Below are positions 25,437 to 32,000 of a stretch of 32,000 nucleotides of DNA, in pieces. The DNA lies in the NCBI RefSeq assembly GCF_016127575.1, contig NZ_CP066018.1, positions 1,440,001 through 1,472,000 on the forward strand, given 5' to 3'. Source of the stretch: Cupriavidus necator. Its GTDB lineage: Bacteria; Pseudomonadota; Gammaproteobacteria; Burkholderiales; Burkholderiaceae. A program made the position numbers and the translations under genes. Below the pieces are notes generated by a model that saw only the letters and a list, made by a program, of their open reading frames with translations, was not told the origin of the DNA and made no database searches. Position 1 is the stretch's first letter, and the number at the start of each line of letters is the position of its first letter.

Positions 25437-25520
25437 CGCGACCAGCGCATTCCGGGGGCCGCCGGATATCCGCGGCCCGCTATCCGCCAAAGCGCGACAA
25501 CACCCGACCAAGGAATCACC

Positions 25521-26453
25521 ATGGCCAAGCGAGCCAAAGCCATCATCACCTGCGCCCCGACCGGCGCCATCCACACGCCCAGCATGTCGCCCCACCTGCC
25601 AGTGAGCGCCGACGAGATCGCAACCGCCGCCATCGACGCGGCGCGCGCAGGGGCCGCCATCCTGCACCTGCACGCCCGCGACCCGAAGGACGGACACCCG
25701 TCGCAGGACCCGGAGCTGTTCCGGCCGTTCCTCGCCAGGATCAGCGCCGAGACCGACGCCGTGATCAATATCACCACCGGCGGCAGCCCGCACATGACGG
25801 TGGAGGAGCGCATGCTGCCGGCCACGACCTTCAAGCCGGAACTGGCCTCGCTGAACATGGGCTCGATGAACTTCGGCCTGTTCCCGATGCTCGACCGCTT
25901 CAAGGAATTCCAGCACGACTGGGAGCGCGAACACCTGGAGAACAGCCGCAACCTGATCTTCAAGAACACCTACCAGGACATCGAGAACATCCTGCGCATC
26001 GGCAATGCCAACGGCACGCGCTTCGAATTCGAGTGCTATGACATCAGCCATCTGTACAACCTGCGGCACTTCCTTGATCGTGGCCTGGTCAGTGGCCCGG
26101 TGTTCATCCAATCCGTCTTCGGCATCCTAGGCGGCATCGGCCCCGATCCCGAGGACCTGATGCACATGCACCGCACCGCCCGGCGCCTGTTCGGCGATCA
26201 GTTCCGCTGGTCGATCCTGGGCGCCGGCCGAGGCCAGCTTCCGCTGGCGACCATCGGCGCGGCAATGGGCGCCAGCGTGCGCGTTGGCCTGGAGGACTCA
26301 CTCTGGATCGGTCCGGGCCAGCTGGCGGCATCGAGCGCCGAGCAGGTCACGCGCATCCGGACCGTGCTCGAAGCCCTGAACATCGACGTGGCCACGCCGG
26401 ACGAAGCCCGCGACATCCTGGACCTCAAGGGCGCGGCAGGCACCGCGTTCTGA
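25521..26453 (+). CDS. BKACE-family beta-keto acid cleavage enzyme (3-keto-5-aminohexanoate cleavage enzyme-like, DUF849)
   Basis: AAGGAA RBS. AIITCAPTGAIHTPSMSPHLPVSADEIATAAIDAARAGAAILHLHARDPKDG and a TIM-barrel-length product (310 aa) match the family. Confidence 0.88.
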   Translation: MAKRAKAIITCAPTGAIHTPSMSPHLPVSADEIATAAIDAARAGAAILHLHARDPKDGHPSQDPELFRPFLARISAETDAVINITTGGSPHMTVEERMLPATTFKPELASLNMGSMNFGLFPMLDRFKEFQHDWEREHLENSRNLIFKNTYQDIENILRIGNANGTRFEFECYDISHLYNLRHFLDRGLVSGPVFIQSVFGILGGIGPDPEDLMHMHRTARRLFGDQFRWSILGAGRGQLPLATIGAAMGASVRVGLEDSLWIGPGQLAASSAEQVTRIRTVLEALNIDVATPDEARDILDLKGAAGTAF

Positions 26454-26576
26454 ACAGGCGGGGCCGCCACGGCCCGGCCCCGCCCAACCCTCGAACACTG
26501 AAGACATCAACCAGGCAGAACGGCTGACACGCGGCCCCAGGGCGTGGCGCCATATCCGCCGATGGAGACTACGCAC

Positions 26577-27884
26577 ATGCAGACCGTACCCGCCTCAGGC
26601 GCGCCGCCGCTGGCCACGCCGACAGACCGCCCGCTGACCGCACTACTGTTCCGCAAGCTCATGCCCTTGCTGGTGCTGTCCTATGTGATCAGCTTTCTCG
26701 ATCGCACCAACATTGCACTCGCCAAGACCCACATCGCTGTCGACCTGAACATCTCCGCCGCGGCCTACGGCCTGGGCGCGGGTCTGTTCTTCCTCAGCTA
26801 TGCCTTGCTGGAAATCCCGAGCAACCTGATCATGCATCGGGTCGGGGCGCGCTTCTGGATCACGCGCATCATGGTGACGTGGGGCCTGCTGTCCGCGGCG
26901 ATGGCCTTTGTCCAGGGCGAGACCTCCTTCTACATCATGCGCGTGCTGCTCGGCGCGGCCGAGGCAGGGCTGTTTCCCGGTGTGATGCTCTATCTCACGT
27001 ACTGGTTCGGCCGCGAGGATCGCGCGCGGGCGGTAGGCTACTTCCTGCTCGGCGTCTGCATCGCCAACATCGTCAGCGGCCCGCTGGGCGGTGCACTGCT
27101 GGGCATGGATGGCATGTGGGGCTTCAAGGGCTGGCAATGGATGTTCGTGCTGGAAGGCCTGCCTGCGGTGTTCCTTGCCGCGGTGGTATGGAAGAAACTG
27201 CCCGACGGCCCCGACAGCGCGCCATGGCTGACGCCAGTCCAGGCGCAGGAAGTCCGCAGCCGACTGGCCGCGGAAGCCGCCGACGCCAGCGCCGGCAAAG
27301 GTGGCCACTCGTTCCTGGGCGCCATGCGTGATCCGCAGGTCTGGCTGGCGATCTTCATCTACTTCTGCCACCAGATCTCGATCTACACGGTGATCTTCTT
27401 CCTGCCGGGTATCATCGGCACGTACGGCAAGCTCACGCCCGTGGAAATCGGGCTGCTCAATTCCCTGCCCTGGATAGCCGCCGCCATCGGGGCCGCATGG
27501 CTGCCCCGACATGCCAACACCCCACGGCGCGGCCGCCGCCTGCTCTGCCTGGGGCTGGTCGTGATGGCAGGCGGCCTGCTGATTGCCGCCTTCGCAGGCC
27601 CGGTGATGGCGCTCGTCGGCTTCTCGCTGACCGCGCTGATGTTCTTCGTGGTGCAGTCGATCGTCTTCCTGTTCCCGTCATCTCGCCTGAAGGGCGTGGC
27701 GCTGGCGGGCGGACTGGCCCTGATCAATACCTGCGGGCTGGTGGGCGGATTCATTGGACCGTCGGTGATGGGCATCATCGAACAGGCGACCGGCAGTACG
27801 CGTAACGGACTGGTGATCATGGCGGGCCTGTTGCTTGTCGCCTGCGCCGTGGCACCGTTTCTGCGGCAGGGGCAGGAACGCTGA
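26577..27884 (+). CDS. MFS transporter, anion:cation symporter (ACS)-like
   Basis: I chose the ATG at 26577 because GGAG lies at 26564-26567; the track start GTG 26544 is also possible. It has 12 predicted TM segments, with SFLDRTNIALAK and GARFWITRIMVTWG motifs typical of ACS-family permeases. Confidence 0.85.
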   Translation: MQTVPASGAPPLATPTDRPLTALLFRKLMPLLVLSYVISFLDRTNIALAKTHIAVDLNISAAAYGLGAGLFFLSYALLEIPSNLIMHRVGARFWITRIMVTWGLLSAAMAFVQGETSFYIMRVLLGAAEAGLFPGVMLYLTYWFGREDRARAVGYFLLGVCIANIVSGPLGGALLGMDGMWGFKGWQWMFVLEGLPAVFLAAVVWKKLPDGPDSAPWLTPVQAQEVRSRLAAEAADASAGKGGHSFLGAMRDPQVWLAIFIYFCHQISIYTVIFFLPGIIGTYGKLTPVEIGLLNSLPWIAAAIGAAWLPRHANTPRRGRRLLCLGLVVMAGGLLIAAFAGPVMALVGFSLTALMFFVVQSIVFLFPSSRLKGVALAGGLALINTCGLVGGFIGPSVMGIIEQATGSTRNGLVIMAGLLLVACAVAPFLRQGQER

Positions 27885-27904
27885 AGGGCTGGAAGGCAGA
27901 AACG

Positions 27905-28114
27905 TCACCATGGCAGAAGTGGTGCTGGCTGTACTCCAGGGGCGGCGCTCGGCAGGCAACGGCCGGCGCCCGGCGCATCTATAACCCATAACTACCCATA
28001 ACCACCCATAAGCCATCCAACCTCGACATTGCGCAACGCGGCCTGGGTCAGTTCGCTGATCCGCAGTCCCGTGGCATAGCCGAAGTCCAGCAGAAAGCGC
28101 AACCGTTGCGTCAT
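27905..28114 (-). pseudogene. Tyrosine recombinase (phage-type integrase) remnant
   Basis: The minus-strand reading from 28114 gives TQRLRFLLDFGYATGLRISELTQAALRNVEV, the box I region with the catalytic Arg (TGLRxSEL). An in-frame TAG follows after about 40 codons, then only degenerate sequence. The core-binding half, the HxxR box and the catalytic Tyr are absent. Confidence 0.6.
27981..28020. repeat. 10-bp tandem repeat (ANNACCCATA x3 plus one degenerate unit)
   Basis: Consecutive decamers are ATAACCCATA, ACTACCCATA, ACCACCCATA and AGCCATCCAA. They lie inside the integrase remnant and contain its premature stop. Confidence 0.85.
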
Positions 28115-29238
28115 ACCGTGACCTCCGTCTGCCGCCGGATCAGGTCCTCCGCCTCGGCTCGGGTCAGGGCGCCCTCGCGCCTGCGCTGCGGCTCCTGCGC
28201 CCACATCCGTTCCAGGTCTTCACGCGACGGTTTGGCATCCGGGCCGCTCGGGACACCGATATAGTCGTCGGCGTAGGGACGGGCATACGGGTCGTTGGGT
28301 GTGGGCTTGCACGCTGCCTCGATCTCGGGCGGCCACACCGGGTCGCCGCACGTGGCCAGTACGAGCCAACGGGCGAATGCATCGAGCAGGGCGAAAGGCG
28401 AGAATATGAAGTCGATCATGGCCCAAAAAGCCCCGGAGAATTTCCCGCCCCGGCAAATCTTGTACCCCTCCCAGAACGTCTCCCGCGGCGGCCAGAAACG
28501 ATAGGGCTCAGGCAGATTGGCGGGGCCGTCCTGCATGTAACGCCGGTAGTATTCCCATTGCGCGTAGATCTCTTCCAGCGTCAGCGCGAACTGGCCGAGC
28601 ACGAAGGCACGTACCACGTTGCCCTCCGCGTCGAGCTGGTAATGGCGGATGTCGTACATGTCATAGGCGCGCGACAGCCCACCCATGCGCCGGTGACCAA
28701 CGCAGAAGAACTCGTCCTCGCTCCATGGGACCTCCCAGATGCCGCCGGGGTCCTTGGTGCGGATGGCGTAGATGCGGCGCGTCTTGCGGTTCAGCCGGAT
28801 CGGGCGGCGTTTCAGCGTGAACATGTTCCGCCGCATCGGATCGAAGGCCAACAAGCCAAAGAAGCCAGTTCCAATGATTCCAACGGTCGTGCCGAGAATT
28901 ACGCCTGCCCAGTTGCCTTTACGAGCCATCACCTCTGCAGTTTCTCGGAATGGGGCGGAAGCAAAGAATACTGTTCCCAGCAACATAAAAATCGTCGCAA
29001 ACGAGCAGATTATCCAGAGCATCCCCACGTTCTGTATCCGCATTTGCGACTCATCGGTGATCTCCAGGCAGGTCGAATCGATGCGATAGACGTTGCCGTA
29101 CTCCACGACTTGCTCACTGACGGGGCGGCGGATGGACAGCCGGTGCTCCAACTCCCACTTCCCCAGTGGCTTGCCTGTCTGCCTAAAATAAAAAGGCGTG
29201 CGCTCATCTTTGGTCGGGAATTTCATCAGCGCCCTCAC
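28111..29238 (-). CDS. Hypothetical 3-TM membrane protein; candidate immunity protein for the upstream MIX effector
   Basis: 375-aa ORF 30 nt downstream of the effector stop on the same strand. GTG 29238 has an AAGGA 6 nt upstream; ATG 29226 is an alternative start. Hydrophobic helices fall at about aa 72-93, 109-132 and 268-295. Composition is lower-GC. I cannot name a family with certainty. Confidence 0.6.
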   Translation of the reverse strand: MRALMKFPTKDERTPFYFRQTGKPLGKWELEHRLSIRRPVSEQVVEYGNVYRIDSTCLEITDESQMRIQNVGMLWIICSFATIFMLLGTVFFASAPFRETAEVMARKGNWAGVILGTTVGIIGTGFFGLLAFDPMRRNMFTLKRRPIRLNRKTRRIYAIRTKDPGGIWEVPWSEDEFFCVGHRRMGGLSRAYDMYDIRHYQLDAEGNVVRAFVLGQFALTLEEIYAQWEYYRRYMQDGPANLPEPYRFWPPRETFWEGYKICRGGKFSGAFWAMIDFIFSPFALLDAFARWLVLATCGDPVWPPEIEAACKPTPNDPYARPYADDYIGVPSGPDAKPSREDLERMWAQEPQRRREGALTRAEAEDLIRRQTEVTV

Positions 29239-29268
29239 TTGGTGTCCTTGAGACCCAGTTGCACGAAC

Positions 29269-31830
29269 TCAAACGATTCCGCCGCTGCTGTAGTGCTCGC
29301 TGGCGGGAGCCTTGCTGAAGCGGCAACGCTTGATCCACTTGAGGGTGGCGGGATCATCCAGAAGCAGGATGCCAACATTCACAGCGAACAGCACGACGAG
29401 GAACGGCCAACTTGGTACGCCGACGAGGAAGGCCAAAAATTCTTCCGAAGCAAGAGGAAGGATTGCAGTGGCAAGTCCAGATCCAGCCGACGTAAAGTAC
29501 AGACCTGAAACAAAATAGTTGCCCTTCCGGCCTTCATCGGCTCCGTGATAAGCGTCCCATCCGACTCCCACAACGGCCCCGGCGAAACCGATCCAGCGGC
29601 CCTTAACCGCCAATTTCTTCCCCGTTTCTGCCCACTCCGCTTTGGATGGCGAACGCATGATGCGCTGAACCAGCGGGTGCGTCGGTGCCTTCTCCAATGC
29701 GACACCCGCTTGCTCTGCGACGGTGCCGGCCATGGCCACCAAGCCGCCCACCAGCTTGGTGCCTTTCTCCACCTCATCGAACTCGCCAGCCGCGCGGAAG
29801 GATTGGGTGGCGTGATAGAGCGCCAGCCCTTGCAGGATGCAGGCAACCGCACCGACGTTCACAAAGCGAGAACCCAAGACTGCCTTAACTTGCCGCACGC
29901 CGGGTACGTCATTTTCCGTGCGCAGCTTGAGCACGCTCAGTTCGGCATTGCTCCCCAGATCCTCGGTCCTGAACCAGACCAGCCTCGCGCTCTGCGCGAG
30001 CTTGCTGCTGGCCCGCCGCGCCCAGGCTGCGGCTTCCTCGCGGCGCTGGGTCCGGCCTAACTGCTTGTAGAGTGCTGGATTGACGGCCTCCAGGTCGCTC
30101 AGCACCGTGGCACGGATCTGCATGACGCTCGCGGTACGGGAAACCAACCGTACGCCGCTGGACAGGCTCATGCCATACAAGGCCAACCGGGCGGACGCCG
30201 ACCCCACCTTGTTGGCCAGGGCAGGAATAACCTCATCGGCAAGTATCCAGGTCAGGCGCGGCACCAGACTCATCTTCGCCAGCGCTTCGGGCAGTGTGAG
30301 GCCCTTTGCCGTGACGTCCATGTTATCGATGCCGCTTTTCAGGATGCCGAAGATCGCCCCGTATCCCTGGTCGGTCGGGTCCGCCACGGTGTCGATGATG
30401 GGCTTGTGATCCAGCATCAGCGCCCGCGCAAGCAGATTATCGTGGCGTACCGGATTCGCATCGTCGAACCAGCGCTTGATTACGCGACGGCACTCCACGG
30501 TATCCAGCGCATTTTCCAGGCATCGGGTCAGCGACTCGTTGTAGACATAGCCATGCGGCAGTTCGAGCTTGTCATGGCGGTACTGCATGTAGGCGGCAAG
30601 CTGGGGGCTCACGAGCCATTGCGCGAGCGACGCCGCAATCGGTGCGAGCACATTCTCGTTGAGCATCTTGAGGCGCGGCGCCAGATTCTGGTGGCGCTTG
30701 CCCGGCGTCAGTTCATCTTCGTAGGGCTTCCATGCGGCGTCGCTGGCGGCCTTCAATCTCTCAAGGCGCGTGGCTTCCCGCGCGGCGTCTTCGCGCTTCC
30801 AGCGCTCGGCGGTCGCTTTGCCATTGAACAGGGCTGACATGAGTTCGTAAGCTGGAAATCCTTCCGGCGTGGTCGCCGTGCGCTCCGCCTCAGCGAGGGC
30901 CGCCTCGGCCTCCTTCGTGTGCTGCGCTTCCGCGTTGGCTCGAATGTTCTTTTCGAGCGTATTCAGGAACAGATCGGTTGCCTTATCCCAGATGACACTG
31001 TTGTTGGCCTTCGGATGCAGCTTCGGATTGGTAAGTTTGCCCAGATCCTCTGCAATGCCAAGCGGATCATTGAAAGCCAGCAGCATGGCATCGCCAGGCG
31101 AGACCCGCTCCATGGCTTCAGACAGGATTGCGCCCGCTGGGCTGCCGATCAGGTCCAGGTGGTCGTCCGCTTTGACGCGCGGCGGCGCGGACAGATACTT
31201 GAACGCCTCGTCCTGATCCTTGGGCGGCATGGCAAACGACGCAACCTGTTTGCCAAGCTCCGTCATCCGTGCCGCATGCGGGGCATTGTGGCCACCCATC
31301 CATGCCTTCACGTCCAGAGACTGCATGTGCTTCTTGCGCAGGTCCGGCTGGTTCTTGTTGTCATTCAGTTGCGCCTGGGTCCACTGGACATGCGAATAGG
31401 CATACCAGACGGTCGTCGCGTCCTTCAGGTTGGGAATCGTGAAGTACATCGACGTATAGCCGTGACCGATTCCCACGCTGCAAAAGAATTCGGTCGGCGT
31501 CTTGGGCGGCGCCGGGCGCTCGGGAATGATTTTCCACAGGTGTCCGCCATTCAGCACGAGATAGCAATCCCAGTGTTGCAAGGCTTCGTGGAACACGTAC
31601 AGAAAGCCCGGACGCATGGCCCGCAGCGTGTACTGCGCACCGCCGCCAAGCTGGGCGGGTGCGTCCACGATCTTGAAGTTCCCGGCCAGGGCCGGCGCCC
31701 CTTGCTTGCCCTCCGGGCCGACCACCGCATAGCGTACCGGCAGCACGGCGAGACCGGGCGGATGGTCGCAAAACGAGCAGCCCTTGACGGACGGTGTGAA
31801 GCGGTCAACAGCAGACGTGGCGTTATCCAT
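29269..31830 (-). CDS. Type VI secretion MIX-type effector (VasX / BTH_I2691-like N-terminus, membrane-inserting C-terminus)
   Basis: 853 aa. After CSFC (aa 18-21), all three MIX motifs are present. They are AVLPVR (aa 28-33, shhPhR), MRPGFLYVF (aa 72-80, hRxGhhYhh) and WYAYSHVQWT (aa 142-151, hhYSxxxWT). The middle is helical. Five hydrophobic Gly/Ala-rich segments lie between aa 656 and 824. There is no signal peptide. Confidence 0.8.
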   Translation of the reverse strand: MDNATSAVDRFTPSVKGCSFCDHPPGLAVLPVRYAVVGPEGKQGAPALAGNFKIVDAPAQLGGGAQYTLRAMRPGFLYVFHEALQHWDCYLVLNGGHLWKIIPERPAPPKTPTEFFCSVGIGHGYTSMYFTIPNLKDATTVWYAYSHVQWTQAQLNDNKNQPDLRKKHMQSLDVKAWMGGHNAPHAARMTELGKQVASFAMPPKDQDEAFKYLSAPPRVKADDHLDLIGSPAGAILSEAMERVSPGDAMLLAFNDPLGIAEDLGKLTNPKLHPKANNSVIWDKATDLFLNTLEKNIRANAEAQHTKEAEAALAEAERTATTPEGFPAYELMSALFNGKATAERWKREDAAREATRLERLKAASDAAWKPYEDELTPGKRHQNLAPRLKMLNENVLAPIAASLAQWLVSPQLAAYMQYRHDKLELPHGYVYNESLTRCLENALDTVECRRVIKRWFDDANPVRHDNLLARALMLDHKPIIDTVADPTDQGYGAIFGILKSGIDNMDVTAKGLTLPEALAKMSLVPRLTWILADEVIPALANKVGSASARLALYGMSLSSGVRLVSRTASVMQIRATVLSDLEAVNPALYKQLGRTQRREEAAAWARRASSKLAQSARLVWFRTEDLGSNAELSVLKLRTENDVPGVRQVKAVLGSRFVNVGAVACILQGLALYHATQSFRAAGEFDEVEKGTKLVGGLVAMAGTVAEQAGVALEKAPTHPLVQRIMRSPSKAEWAETGKKLAVKGRWIGFAGAVVGVGWDAYHGADEGRKGNYFVSGLYFTSAGSGLATAILPLASEEFLAFLVGVPSWPFLVVLFAVNVGILLLDDPATLKWIKRCRFSKAPASEHYSSGGIV

Positions 31831-32000
31831 AGTGTGAGGCGCTTGCGGTTTTCCTGGCGGTTTCCGCCATGATCTTCATGAGTTGCCAATCGTGGGAGGA
31901 CAATTGGGCCAGCGCCTGGCGCAGGGTCATCTCGCCGCTGGCGACGGCGGGCCACAATGCCTGCAACTTCGTGTGGTTCTCGAAGGGCTGGCCAAACGCG
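31823..32000 (-). CDS. Partial CDS (C-terminal 58 codons; 5-prime end outside the window), possible T6SS adaptor by position
   Basis: This ORF is not in the track. The minus-strand frame reads AFGQPFENHTKLQALWPAVASGEMTLRQALAQLSSHDWQLMKIMAETARKTASASHYG-stop and is open to the window edge. Its TAA (31825-31823) overlaps the effector ATG (31830-31828) in ATGGATAA. Confidence 0.45.
   Translation of the reverse strand, partial: AFGQPFENHTKLQALWPAVASGEMTLRQALAQLSSHDWQLMKIMAETARKTASASHYG

Noticed and set aside
24576-26111. 511-aa minus-strand ORF
   Set aside because: It is antisense to the SDR and BKACE genes, which both have clear family motifs and RBSs. The translation is low-complexity and Arg/Gly/Ala/Asp-rich.
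27981-28020. Decamer tandem repeat considered as a CRISPR array or replication iterons
   Set aside because: The units are contiguous with no spacers, there are only about 4 copies, and no cas or rep genes are nearby. It is better explained as slippage or binding-site remains inside the integrase remnant.
31551-31955. 134-aa minus-strand ORF across the effector start
   Set aside because: It is out of frame with both the effector and the better-looking partial upstream ORF. The translation is Arg/Pro-rich with no motifs.
1-32000. Search for rRNA, tRNA and CRISPR arrays, and for classical defence genes (restriction, Cas, helicase-nuclease pairs)
   Set aside because: I could not recognise any cloverleaf-type, rRNA-like or repeat-spacer structure by eye. 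The only helicase is the housekeeping DbpA. A computational scan (tRNAscan-SE, Infernal, a CRISPR finder, a defence-system finder) would be needed to exclude small elements.

Overview
This is a high-GC window that looks like a Burkholderiales chromosome. A Bug/TctC-family binding protein and many IclR-, GntR- and MerR-controlled catabolic operons fit Cupriavidus or Ralstonia, but that taxon call is inference only. I support about 34 protein-coding genes. I saw no rRNA, tRNA or CRISPR array.

Most of the window is housekeeping or accessory metabolism:
- dbpA and a DUF72 gene
- a DUF4382 lipoprotein
- a dCache methyl-accepting chemoreceptor carrying the amino-acid-sensor motif
- a MerR, methyltransferase and DUF2938 unit
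- an LRAT-like protein
- an IclR-controlled amino-acid ABC transporter translationally coupled to an arginase-fold ureohydrolase
- two TauD/TfdA dioxygenases with a Bug binding protein
- a GntR, SDR, BKACE and MFS operon

Three places stand out:
1. 27.9-32.0 kb is a compositionally distinct type VI secretion cargo module. It holds an 853-aa effector with all three MIX motifs and a glycine-rich multi-helix membrane C-terminus, a 3-TM candidate immunity gene, a partial upstream gene overlapping the effector start, and a decayed tyrosine-integrase remnant with a 10-bp tandem repeat at the boundary.
2. 15.3-19.2 kb has homospermidine synthase translationally coupled to an orphan YgiC/YjfC-type ATP-grasp ligase, followed by DUF1190 and DUF350 genes. 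This suggests an undescribed homospermidine-conjugating pathway.
3. 19.2-20.1 kb is a lower-GC GNAT gene abutting an IS256-family transposase remnant.

Many long ORFs in the six-frame track are antisense or out-of-frame artefacts of the GC content and were rejected.
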